Assembly: GCA_027037615.1 (NCBI GenBank)
Contig: JALVZN010000032.1
Span: 1-40,206 of the forward strand
Direction of reading: 5' to 3'
Length of the DNA stretch: 40,206 nucleotides
Source: a candidate division WOR-3 bacterium
GTDB lineage: Bacteria > Hydrothermota > Hydrothermia > B15-G9
A program made the translations under genes and the position numbers. This document shows, one piece after another, positions 18,365 through 27,139 of this stretch. Positions within the stretch are counted from its first letter, which is position 1. The number at the start of each line of letters is the position of its first letter. The notes under the pieces were generated by a model. The model saw only the letters and a program-made list of their open reading frames with translations. It did no database searches and was not told where the DNA came from.

Positions 18365-20137
18365 ATGTTCAAAATGGACTTGATAGAGGATACATTCGTG
18401 TATTCCGTTGGATCAACGGGCAAAGAGATCTTCGGCTATATGAACGGGAACGGGGAACTTTTCGTCATCAGCGATCCTGAGCTGAAGCACAAGATCAGGA
18501 TAGCGAGCGCATCGTCGGACGGCTACATCACGGAGATCGGGCACGAGGAACCGATATGGCGGATAGAGCCTGACGGTTACATCTTCAAGAAGATGGACGA
18601 CGGGCAATGGCATCCGCGCGGATATGTTGACGAGTATGGCCGCATCTACAACTGGACTGGCAAAGCTTACATGGAAGATGAGGACTTTGAAGGCTCTCTC
18701 GGGCGCGAGATAGGCTTCCTTGAGCCTCAGGGCGGCAATCCGGCAGGCGCAGTCATCCTCTTTATCGATGCAGCGAGAATCATCCACAGGCTCCTCAAGA
18801 GGCTGAAATTCCTCGCCAGCTCAGTGGAAAAGGTGAAAACCCAGCAGTCGATCGACCGCGTCATCGGCGAAATCAAGGAGTTCATCAATTCCATACCGGT
18901 GGATAAGCTCGGAGCCGGTGCCGATGAGCTGACGAAAGCCGGCAATGCGCTCATGGAGGCGATCCTCCAGAAGAAGGAGAAGATCGAGCAGGAGCTCAAA
19001 GACACCTACGAGGAGCTCAAATCCCGTGCTCTTGAGCTGCTTCAGGAGGCGCGCGAGGGGCGCATCTTCGCACAGGTGAGGGAACATCTGAAGGATTACA
19101 AGGAGATTTTGAAAGCCGCCAGCCTGCCGAAGGATAAGAAAGACGAACTTTTCGGCATAATTCAGCAGGCATTCGATGTGCTGTGGGAGCGGCAAAAGGA
19201 GTGGCAGAAATCGGCCGACGCAGAAAAAGAACGGAATTACGAGGAGCTCTCGAAGGAACTGGCCGAGATCGAGAAAGAAATCCACGAGTCCAACAACTTC
19301 AGGGCGCTCAAGACATTGCTGATAAAATTTCAGGACAAGGTCAAAACCCTGAGGCTCGATCGCGAGAAGCGCGACGAGCTTCTGGACAGCGTTCAAAAAC
19401 TTTTCGACACGCTATCCGCACGCCAGAAAGAGCTTGCGGCCGCCCTTGAGCTTGAGAGACAGCGCAACTACGAGGAGATGAAAGGCGAGGTCGAAAACTG
19501 CCTCGAACTTGCCAAAAGCGGCACACATTTCAAAGAGATCAGGGAACATTTCCGCGCCGTGCGCGAAAAACTCAAAAAACTTGCCCTGTCACGCGATCAG
19601 AAAGATGAGCTTTTCTCAAAGATGCGCGAGGCCACCGAGATCCTCAACCAGCGCCAGAACGAGTGGTTCGAGAAGATTAGACAGGAATATGACGAAAACT
19701 ACGCCAGATTTAGAGAGCTTGTATCGCGCGGACTTGAAATGGCACAGACATCGCAGAGTTTCAGGGAAGCGCGCGACTTCCTGAGGCAAATTCGAGACGA
19801 GATGAAGGCCGCAAGGATGAGCCGCGAGCAGAAAGACGAGCTTTTTGAAAGGCTCAGAGCGGCATTTGACATCCTCTGGGAGCGCCAGAAGAGATGGCAG
19901 CTTGAGCTTGAAATGGAGTTCCAGCGCAACTTTCAGGAGCTTGAGGAAGCTGTCGAGAGGTGCATCACACTTGCGGAGATAGAGCGCGATTTCAGATATG
20001 TGCGCGAGGTGCTCGAAGATGTCTATCGTGACATCCGCAGGGCACGGCTCAGACGGGAAGACCGCAAAAAACTGATCGAAGGCATCGACAAGGCATGGTC
20101 AATCCTGAGGCAGAGGGAAAGAAGGCGGGGATTTTAG
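18365..20137 (+). CDS. DUF349-like helical tandem-repeat protein with an unassigned N-terminal beta-rich domain
   Basis: GAGG sits 7 nt before the ATG at 18365 (the track starts at TTG 18359). The C-terminal two-thirds is highly charged and built of 77-aa units with consensus F+e.R..l......K.a.lsR+.KDELf..l..AFDiLweRQ+eW......E..RNyeEl. Confidence 0.75.
   Translation: MFKMDLIEDTFVYSVGSTGKEIFGYMNGNGELFVISDPELKHKIRIASASSDGYITEIGHEEPIWRIEPDGYIFKKMDDGQWHPRGYVDEYGRIYNWTGKAYMEDEDFEGSLGREIGFLEPQGGNPAGAVILFIDAARIIHRLLKRLKFLASSVEKVKTQQSIDRVIGEIKEFINSIPVDKLGAGADELTKAGNALMEAILQKKEKIEQELKDTYEELKSRALELLQEAREGRIFAQVREHLKDYKEILKAASLPKDKKDELFGIIQQAFDVLWERQKEWQKSADAEKERNYEELSKELAEIEKEIHESNNFRALKTLLIKFQDKVKTLRLDREKRDELLDSVQKLFDTLSARQKELAAALELERQRNYEEMKGEVENCLELAKSGTHFKEIREHFRAVREKLKKLALSRDQKDELFSKMREATEILNQRQNEWFEKIRQEYDENYARFRELVSRGLEMAQTSQSFREARDFLRQIRDEMKAARMSREQKDELFERLRAAFDILWERQKRWQLELEMEFQRNFQELEEAVERCITLAEIERDFRYVREVLEDVYRDIRRARLRREDRKKLIEGIDKAWSILRQRERRRGF
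19067..20134 (+). repeat. In-frame tandem coding repeat, 231-nt (77-aa) period, 4.6 copies; a degenerate copy precedes it at ~18836
   Basis: The anchor Phe residues at track positions 237, 314, 391, 468 and 545 are each exactly 77 aa apart (nt 19067, 19298, 19529, 19760, 19991). Confidence 0.85.
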
Positions 20138-20161
20138 AAACTAAAACCTGCGAGGTGAGTC

Positions 20162-21628
20162 ATGGACGAATTTGAAAACAGGAAAGCGAAAATCGAGGCA
20201 CTGCGGGAGCGCGGCATCGAACCATACCCATACAGGTTTGAGTTGACCCATCATGTCAGCGAATTCAAAGAGCAGTTCGAGGCTCTGGGAGACAAACAGG
20301 TATCACTTGCGGGCAGACTTGTAGCCAGAAGGATCTTTGGGAAGCTGATATTCGCACACATTCAGGATGAGACCGGCCGCGTCCAGATAGCCATCCAGAA
20401 AGGCCATGCGAAGATCGGCGATACGGAAGAGGACGCCATCAAATTTGCCAAAAAAGACCTGGACATCGGCGACATAATCGGCGTCGTTGGCAGGCCGTTT
20501 GTCACAAAAACCGGCGAGAAAACCGTTGCAGTCGAACGCATTTATCTGCTCGCAAAGGGGCTGCGGCCTCTGCCTGAGAAATGGCACGGCCTGAGGGATC
20601 GGGAGGCGCGATACAGGCAGCGCTACCTCGACCTCATGGTCAACCCGGACTCGCGCGAGTTTTTCAAAAACCGCGCTCTGGCGATATCGGAGATAAGGAA
20701 GTTCTTTGTCGAGAACGGATTTATCGAATTTGAGACCCCAACATTGCAACCCATCTACGGAGGCGCTTACGCCAAACCGTTTGAAACATTCGCACACGCC
20801 CTCAACTCGAAGCTGTATCTGCGGATCTCCGACGAGTTATACCTGAAAAGGCTGCTTGTCGGGGGATACGAACGGGTGTTCGAGATATGCAAGGACTTCA
20901 GGAACGAAGGGATCGACAGGTTCCACTACCCCGAATTTACGATGCTGGAAGCTTACGCCGCATACTGGGACTACACCGACATGATGGATCTGACGGAAAG
21001 GCTGCTCATCCACCTCATCGAACATTTTGACAGGGGCGAAACGCTCGAATTCGATGGCCAATCGGCTGAGGTCAAACGGCCGTTTCCGCGCATAAAATTT
21101 GTCGATGCACTTGCCGAAAAGCTGGGTTTCAACCCGTTAGACGCTGAAACCGAAAGGCTTGTGGAAGCTGCAAAGAAGGCTGAGATAAACGGCGCCGAGA
21201 AGATGCCCCGCCACAAACTGATAGATAAGCTCTTTGACGCCCTCGTCGGGGACCACCTGATCGAGCCGACATTTGTGATGGATCATCCGAGAATCCTGTC
21301 GCCCCTCGCCAAGGTGCACAGGGAAGACCCACGCCTCGTCGAGCGGTTCGAGCTCTATGTTTTCGGCATGGAATTGGCAAATGCGTTCTCGGAGCTGAAC
21401 GATCCGATAGACCAGAGAAAGCGGTTTGAAGCGCTCATGGAGCTGCGCGGTCAGGACGAGGAGGTGCCGAACGAGATCGATGAAGACTTCCTGACAGCGC
21501 TCGAATACGGGATGCCACCCGCAGGCGGCATCGGGATAGGCATCGACAGGCTCGTGATGATTTTGTTCAACCGTCCTGCGATCAGGGATGTGCTCCTATT
21601 CCCTCAGCTTCGGCCCAAGACCGATTGA
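20162..21628 (+). CDS. lysS: Lysine--tRNA ligase (class II)
   Basis: KIEALRERGIEPYPYRF at the N-terminus, an OB-fold region, class II motifs (FRNEGID.., ELANAFSELNDP, GGIGIGIDRLVM) and SD GAGGTGA. Confidence 0.92.
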   Translation: MDEFENRKAKIEALRERGIEPYPYRFELTHHVSEFKEQFEALGDKQVSLAGRLVARRIFGKLIFAHIQDETGRVQIAIQKGHAKIGDTEEDAIKFAKKDLDIGDIIGVVGRPFVTKTGEKTVAVERIYLLAKGLRPLPEKWHGLRDREARYRQRYLDLMVNPDSREFFKNRALAISEIRKFFVENGFIEFETPTLQPIYGGAYAKPFETFAHALNSKLYLRISDELYLKRLLVGGYERVFEICKDFRNEGIDRFHYPEFTMLEAYAAYWDYTDMMDLTERLLIHLIEHFDRGETLEFDGQSAEVKRPFPRIKFVDALAEKLGFNPLDAETERLVEAAKKAEINGAEKMPRHKLIDKLFDALVGDHLIEPTFVMDHPRILSPLAKVHREDPRLVERFELYVFGMELANAFSELNDPIDQRKRFEALMELRGQDEEVPNEIDEDFLTALEYGMPPAGGIGIGIDRLVMILFNRPAIRDVLLFPQLRPKTD

Positions 21629-21635
21629 AAACATA

Positions 21636-21664
21636 GGGCGAACGCCGCTTTGCGGCGTTCGCCC
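21636..21664. terminator. Perfect 13-bp GC-rich hairpin between convergent lysS and the beta-propeller gene
   Basis: GGGCGAACGCCGC-TTT-GCGGCGTTCGCCC. It ends 2 nt before the stop of the minus-strand gene. Only a weak T-run is present, on the minus strand. Confidence 0.6.
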
Positions 21665-21665
21665 A

Positions 21666-22478
21666 TCAAAAGACATCATCTTTCCCACTCGATTTCGATT
21701 TTCGACGCTTCGGCAGGTTGAGCTCTATCACTTTGCCCGCACTCAACAGGGGCACATAAATTCTGGCCCCGTCTCTGGATAGAGACAGATCCGCCGGATT
21801 ATCGAGCCCCTTCTTCAGGACGGGATGTTTCCCCGTTTTGAGATCCAGAATCACGACTTTGCCCGACAGAAAACCGCTTATCACAAGTCTGCCATCCTTC
21901 GTGACCGCCAGTCCATCGCCGCCGTCGATGTCGTGGGACGAAAACACCAGCTTGAGCCGTCCGCCTTTGAAAGCGTAAACTTTGCCCGGCTTCTCAAATG
22001 TCACGACATACAGTGTGGAATCCTCGCCGAATGCAAGGCCGTTCGGGGAACTCACCAAAAACAGCTTCTCCACGGAGCCGGTGCGGAGGTCACCTTTATA
22101 GACGGTGTTGGTCTTCGTGTCCGAGAAGTAGGCATATCCGTCGGGGCCTACGGTGATGTCGTTCAAAAACTGAGGCCTGTCATCCTTCGGAAAGGCCTCG
22201 TAAGGGAACGCATCCTCGACCCGACCGCTCAAACTCACCTTCCTGACCCGCTTCACATCCGTGACTATCAGAGTGGAGTCATCTACGGCAGCCAGCCCTT
22301 TGGGATCGAGCATGCCATGAGCCAATTCGGCCCATGAGCCCGATTTTTTCACCAGAATTCTGCCGTCCTCGACGCCGAACTTGCCTATATCCGAGACATA
22401 CAGCTTTCCGTTAAGCTCAAATGCGCTTTCAGGATGCAAAAGCGAGAGGGAGACCATCAATAAAATGTTGACCATCAT
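21666..22478 (-). CDS. Secreted beta-propeller protein (SMP-30/gluconolactonase/NHL-like), paralog 1
   Basis: N-terminal signal peptide MMVNILLMVSLSLL. Repeated blade-like motifs (LYVSDIG, LIVTDV, AYFSDTK..VYKGD, LYVVTF..KVYAF, LVISGF..KVVILD, IYVPLL..KVIEL). Confidence 0.55.
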   Translation of the reverse strand: MMVNILLMVSLSLLHPESAFELNGKLYVSDIGKFGVEDGRILVKKSGSWAELAHGMLDPKGLAAVDDSTLIVTDVKRVRKVSLSGRVEDAFPYEAFPKDDRPQFLNDITVGPDGYAYFSDTKTNTVYKGDLRTGSVEKLFLVSSPNGLAFGEDSTLYVVTFEKPGKVYAFKGGRLKLVFSSHDIDGGDGLAVTKDGRLVISGFLSGKVVILDLKTGKHPVLKKGLDNPADLSLSRDGARIYVPLLSAGKVIELNLPKRRKSKSSGKDDVF

Positions 22479-22502
22479 GTCATTTCACCCCCTGACAGGT
22501 TT

Positions 22503-23267
22503 TTAGCGTATCGGTATTTTCTTAATTGCTCCGCTCCTTGTCAACGGTATGACAAGGAATTTCCCGTCAGGGGAAATGGTCATATCGCCGGGGAAATTGA
22601 CCGTATCTATGAGCTGTGCCTTGTCAACGAAGAGGTCAATTCTAACTATCTTGCCGGTGGTGCGGCTTGCGACGAACAGGGCATTACCCTTCTCGTCCAA
22701 CACCATGCTGCTGGCCTTATCCAGCTCGTGATCCTGAACCACAATCGACGCCTTGCCGTTCTTCAATTTGAAAACCATCCCCGGATTTGAATAGGTGGCA
22801 AAATAAATCGTGGTGTCGCTCGAAACTGTGACGCATGATACCTTAGGGACGGCAAACACGGAATCAACTGTCCTATCCGGGTTCACGGCAAATATTCTGC
22901 TGGATCTTAGGTCAGGTATGTATATCCTGCCGTCAGGGCCAACAGCGATGTCCCTTATGAAATTGGTCGGAACCGGGAAATCAGATGTGGAAACGAACGG
23001 GAGGGCTTTCCTGGCAGCGACCAGCCACACGCCGTTCTTGTCCACCACGACGAGAGCGCTATCGTTGTAAACCGCAACGGACTTGGGGTCGAACAGGCCG
23101 GCGGCATAGACTTTCCACTCTATACCATCCTTCGACCGCAGGACTCTGCCATCAGGGGCTCCAAACTGGCCTGCCTCAACGAGAAAGATTGTGTCACCCT
23201 TTACCGTGACACCCATTGGGTTGACAAATAAGGTTATGCTTACTGCCAACAAGTGGATAAGGGCCAT
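22503..23267 (-). CDS. Secreted beta-propeller protein (SMP-30/gluconolactonase/NHL-like), paralog 2
   Basis: SD GGAGGTGGAGGA and a signal-like N-terminus. Same blade pattern and length as the downstream gene (IFLVEAGQFGAPDGRVL vs LYVSDIGKFGVEDGRIL; IYIPDLRSSRIFAVN vs AYFSDTKTNTVYKGD). Confidence 0.55.
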   Translation of the reverse strand: MALIHLLAVSITLFVNPMGVTVKGDTIFLVEAGQFGAPDGRVLRSKDGIEWKVYAAGLFDPKSVAVYNDSALVVVDKNGVWLVAARKALPFVSTSDFPVPTNFIRDIAVGPDGRIYIPDLRSSRIFAVNPDRTVDSVFAVPKVSCVTVSSDTTIYFATYSNPGMVFKLKNGKASIVVQDHELDKASSMVLDEKGNALFVASRTTGKIVRIDLFVDKAQLIDTVNFPGDMTISPDGKFLVIPLTRSGAIKKIPIR

Positions 23268-23625
23268 TCCTCCACCTCCATGTATGTTTTTTAGGGGTTA
23301 TCCAAATCGCCAAGATTCCGCATGAAACAGAAATTAAAAGTGAGAGGGATATTATGGTCATACAAATTTGCGCTTCTGTCAAACGATTGGGGGACACAAC
23401 AGGCGTGAAATACACTCCATCTGCGAAGGCTTTAACTTCAGTCCATCACAACAAGATCGTCAAAAAGGTCGTAAAGGCCTGGGAATACCGCACTTATGCG
23501 GCAGAAAAGTCTCATCAGGCAAGTCAGCCCATGCTCGATCGGAGAAGCAGAACATTCAGCACTCACAGCAACAGACAGGACGGGCAGATGATGCAAAATT
23601 CAACCGAACAGCCGAATTTTATCCA

Positions 23626-24501
23626 TCAAAAGCTGTCAATCCATGAGAAAAACGGCTTTTCGTCCGTCTCTCTGCCCTCCTTCATCCACAGAACCATCAT
23701 GCCCTTGTCCTCAAGCGGATGAACAAGGTCGCTCTCGACATCGATGTCATCGTGCGGGATCGGGAAATTGGCCTCAGTTGCAAAGTCAATCGAGTGGATG
23801 AGGACATTCATATCGCCGCCAGCATCGTAAAATACTGCTTTGTTCTCCGATATCATGCGGTAAAAACCGTATGCCAGCAGCTTGCCGTCACCATCAAAGA
23901 CGACGATGCCCTTGCCGCCATCGTCATAAAACCACTTCAATGTCCGCAGGAAATAGGCTTCAGTGCGAACTATCGGATAATCGTATTTCGAGGCCATCGG
24001 TTCATACAAAACCAGCATCCCCTCGACATGCGGGGCTGCTTCATCGATGTTATTGAGATGCAAGACCCTGTTTCCCGAAATTTGCGGCTCAGGTATCTCT
24101 ATGCGGGAGACCTGCCTCACTACGGTCGAGTAACCGAACTTTTCGTAATACGAATTTATGGCAGTAAAGAGAATGGAGAGGTCATAACCTTCCTTTTTCA
24201 TCATTTCCACGGCATGGCGCATCAGTTTCGAGGCAAGTCCTTTGCCCCTGTATTCGGGGTGAGTCGCCACATCGCCGATGCCGCACATCCTGAACTTTCG
24301 CCCGTGATACCACACCTCACGGTCATACATCGTCACGGTCGCCACAGGCATGTCATCGTCGGATATGGCTATGGTGATGGTGTCGTTTTCCATGAGTTTG
24401 CGCCGAAAGTATTCGGCCGGCGTGTGTTCAAAGGCGATGTCCAGCAACTCCACAATGGCCTCAATCCTGTCTTTACTGACAACAGCGGGATTGAAAATCA
24501 T
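23626..24501 (-). CDS. GNAT family N-acetyltransferase, Eis-like two-lobed architecture
   Basis: GDVATHPEYRGKGLASKLMRHAVEMMKKEGYDLSILF is the acetyl-CoA binding motif A. An extra ~150 aa C-terminal lobe is present. Its start overlaps the amidase stop (ATGA). Confidence 0.8.
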   Translation of the reverse strand: MIFNPAVVSKDRIEAIVELLDIAFEHTPAEYFRRKLMENDTITIAISDDDMPVATVTMYDREVWYHGRKFRMCGIGDVATHPEYRGKGLASKLMRHAVEMMKKEGYDLSILFTAINSYYEKFGYSTVVRQVSRIEIPEPQISGNRVLHLNNIDEAAPHVEGMLVLYEPMASKYDYPIVRTEAYFLRTLKWFYDDGGKGIVVFDGDGKLLAYGFYRMISENKAVFYDAGGDMNVLIHSIDFATEANFPIPHDDIDVESDLVHPLEDKGMMVLWMKEGRETDEKPFFSWIDSF

Positions 24502-26588
24502 AGTATGACCTCCTCAGGCTTTCCCTTGACAGGATCTATTTCCACTTCAAAGGATTTGCCGCCAGCTATGATCTTCAGCTTCTGTGGCTCGGGCCTGAGG
24601 TGCAGAAATGCAAAGCGACCGCGCCCATCGGTATAGGTTGTTATCTGCTCCTCGGAAACAACCATCGCATCGGGAATTGGATCGCGCTTCTCATCAAGGA
24701 GTATGCTGCTGTATCTGGCAGGTCTGAACCCGAAATGCTCCACGATCGAAAGCAACAGCACATAGGCACGCTTCACAAACTCCTTCATCTGCGATGTGGA
24801 GGGTTCAGGGAACACGACAAGCGAACGCGTCATCGGAGGATGAATTATCAGGTAAGAAGACCATTCCCTTGCATCGGCTTCAACATCCAGAATCTTGCCC
24901 ATAAGCCTCGATATCCTCTTTGAGAACTCCATGCTTTCCGTATCGCGATAGTAGAAGTGCGTGCCGGGTTCCATGTATCTGTCGCTGTCATGGTGATCGA
25001 TGGACACGAGGAGGTCTCCGCCTTCATTGATGATCTGTTTGACACGCTCGACCTCTTCGACGGTGGTCTCCTCGTCCGACCTCGTGAGCACCACATCAGC
25101 TCCTGCCGCGAAAAGCATCTCATGCAACATCTTCGTAACAAATAGGTTAGCTCTTGAAGATGTCAGACCGGGCAGATACTCCCTGCCCTTCACCCTGCCG
25201 CCTATCGCCGGATCGATGATTATCTTCCTGCCGAGAAGCACGCCACCGAACATCGGGGTTATGACAACCCGTTTCTCATCATCTAACTCGTTCTCGGTAA
25301 CCTCCACGGATGTGGGATAAAATCCCCTCTTTTTGAACTCCAGTGTCCACGGCCCATCGATGGGAAGCGGTATCAGGAAATATCCGCCGAGCACTGTCGT
25401 GTAATGCCTGTTTTTGACCTTAACCGTGGCGCCTTCGATGGGTCTTTCGTTGATGTCAACCAACTTTCCGAAAAGATACGGGCTGCTTTTCCGCTTCACA
25501 GCTTTGACCATGCCAACGCCCTCGAAGTCGCGAACCTTGATCTCAACATTCCCGCCTGCCTCGCCGAACTGGATGACGGCTCTCACACACCCATCGGCGT
25601 CGGCGTGCGGCTGAATGGCCAGTATTTTGCCGGACGGCACGCTCATGATGACCCGCTCGCCTTCAGCTATGGGCATGCCATAGGAATCGACAAGGCGGAT
25701 GGTCACCATCAACGGATTCCTCGAATTCTCAGGGTAAGGCGTGACCGCAAAGGATTCCGCCCTCCTCTTGATCTTGAAAGTGTATCTCGACGACGGCGTT
25801 ACATTTCCGTTGAGATTCCTTGCTTTCAGCTCAACCACATGCTCACCGTTTGGAAGGAGCTCGGGCAACTCAGCTGTCAGCCATCTGCCGTCGGCGAACT
25901 CGAACTCCAGAGGCTGGCCATCCAGAAGGAGGGATATCGAGCTCGCATCGATGCCACGGCCATTCTCGTCCACTATCTCAGCAGTTACAAGCCCTTTCCT
26001 GACATTCACTTCAAGGTTCTTGATCATCGGCACACCGCGATCGAAATACATCTTCAGCGCTTCGTAGTATGCGAGCGCCTCCTCACGGCGGTATTCTTCG
26101 GTTGCAAGCTTCTTTTCCTCCTCTGGATTGGTGATGTAAGAGGCCTCTCCCAGAACGGAAACAGGCACATTCCCCTTCAGAACCCTGTATCGAGCGGGAA
26201 GCGGCGGCACTGTCGGAAGACCAAGATGTTTCCTGAAAGAGTAAAACAGCAGGTAACCAAGGTCGAAAGACGGAGAATCGGGTTCAAAAACGCAGTAGAT
26301 CTCCGTTCTGTCCACTGAAGAGTCCCTTCTTGCGTTGGCGTTGTGGTGAATGGACACGAAAGCGTCGGCTTTTTTCTCAAGGGAGAATTTAACCCTATCC
26401 GCAAGAGGGATATCGTAATCGCCATCTCTCGTGAGATAGACGGAAGCGCCAGCGGCTTTGAGCATCTCCGCAAGCATAAGCGCAACCGAAAGGTTGACAT
26501 CCTTCTCCTTAAGCCCGGTCGGCCCAATAGCGCCTGTGGCGTCACCACCATGTCCGGGGTCGATGACCACGACCTTACCTTTCAACAT
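24498..26588 (-). CDS. N-acetylmuramoyl-L-alanine amidase (amidase_3) with a second, degenerate amidase_3-like domain and carboxypeptidase-regulatory-like beta-sandwiches
   Basis: aa 5-90: VVVIDPGHGG, GLKEKDVNL and FVSIHHNA are an intact Zn site. aa 455-535: IIIDPAIGG, GLTSSRANL and LVSIDHHD show two ligands replaced. GKLVDINERPIEGATVKVKN..GGYFLIPL and TDGRGRFAFLHL look like CarboxypepD_reg-type domains. SD AAGGAG is present. No signal peptide. Confidence 0.85.
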   Translation of the reverse strand: MLKGKVVVIDPGHGGDATGAIGPTGLKEKDVNLSVALMLAEMLKAAGASVYLTRDGDYDIPLADRVKFSLEKKADAFVSIHHNANARRDSSVDRTEIYCVFEPDSPSFDLGYLLFYSFRKHLGLPTVPPLPARYRVLKGNVPVSVLGEASYITNPEEEKKLATEEYRREEALAYYEALKMYFDRGVPMIKNLEVNVRKGLVTAEIVDENGRGIDASSISLLLDGQPLEFEFADGRWLTAELPELLPNGEHVVELKARNLNGNVTPSSRYTFKIKRRAESFAVTPYPENSRNPLMVTIRLVDSYGMPIAEGERVIMSVPSGKILAIQPHADADGCVRAVIQFGEAGGNVEIKVRDFEGVGMVKAVKRKSSPYLFGKLVDINERPIEGATVKVKNRHYTTVLGGYFLIPLPIDGPWTLEFKKRGFYPTSVEVTENELDDEKRVVITPMFGGVLLGRKIIIDPAIGGRVKGREYLPGLTSSRANLFVTKMLHEMLFAAGADVVLTRSDEETTVEEVERVKQIINEGGDLLVSIDHHDSDRYMEPGTHFYYRDTESMEFSKRISRLMGKILDVEADAREWSSYLIIHPPMTRSLVVFPEPSTSQMKEFVKRAYVLLLSIVEHFGFRPARYSSILLDEKRDPIPDAMVVSEEQITTYTDGRGRFAFLHLRPEPQKLKIIAGGKSFEVEIDPVKGKPEEVIL

Positions 26589-26605
26589 GCTTTCTAACTC
26601 CTTTT

Positions 26606-27136
26606 TTAACTATATGCAAAATCGTGCCATTCAAGTATATACCACAATCCGTTGCTATGCTTCTTAAGGATAAAGTATCCTCTGCCTTCTATGGGCTTTT
26701 GCTCAGGTGATGGCACAATCTCAAGATGGTAATCGTAATACAGAGCGGCTCTGTCCTCCGAAGGCCTGAATCCACCGATGTAAATCATTTCGAGGTAAAG
26801 GTAATCGGCTGAATTAAACAGGGCTTCCGTCGAAAGGCGCTCCTCTTCTATACCCCAGTAAAGGCTGTCGAGGCCGAGGTTCTGCCTCAAAATCTCCTCA
26901 ATGGAGTCCTCGGCCGAATCGAAAAAGAAACGGAACGAGTCTGGATCAAGGCAGTTGATGTATCCAAGGATGTCTCTGGAATTGAAGGCCATTACGAGGT
27001 TGTCAATAACAAGTTCAGGCTCAACGGGTTTAATAAAATCCCCCTCATGCGTGAGGGGGTGAAAAGGGTTGTAACATCCCCTCAGAAAGAGAGTTGCAAG
27101 GATTATGATGGGGATGTTACGGAGGAGTTTTTTCAA
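26606..27136 (-). CDS. Lipoprotein, function unknown (TTG start)
   Basis: (M)KKLLRNIPIIILATLFLRGC is a lipobox. The TTG lies 3 nt after the rpmA stop. There is no other in-frame start before the hydrophobic segment. Confidence 0.55.
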   Translation of the reverse strand: MKKLLRNIPIIILATLFLRGCYNPFHPLTHEGDFIKPVEPELVIDNLVMAFNSRDILGYINCLDPDSFRFFFDSAEDSIEEILRQNLGLDSLYWGIEEERLSTEALFNSADYLYLEMIYIGGFRPSEDRAALYYDYHLEIVPSPEQKPIEGRGYFILKKHSNGLWYILEWHDFAYS

Positions 27137-27139
27137 AGT

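Noticed and set aside
23511-23518. CUGAUGAG (minus strand) reminiscent of a hammerhead ribozyme core.
   Set aside because: There is no matching stem II hairpin followed by GAAA, and no stem I/III pairing nearby. It is an isolated 8-mer.
23540-23595. GGAGAAGCAG...GGCAGATGA, reminiscent of the SRP (4.5S) RNA helix 8.
   Set aside because: The two conserved pieces are ~30 nt further apart than in SRP RNA. The GNAR tetraloop hairpin and flanking long helix cannot be drawn.
23719-26318. 305-aa and 304-aa + strand ORFs (23719-24636 and 25404-26318).
   Set aside because: They are antisense to the GNAT and amidase genes, which carry strong family motifs and SDs. The antisense products have none.
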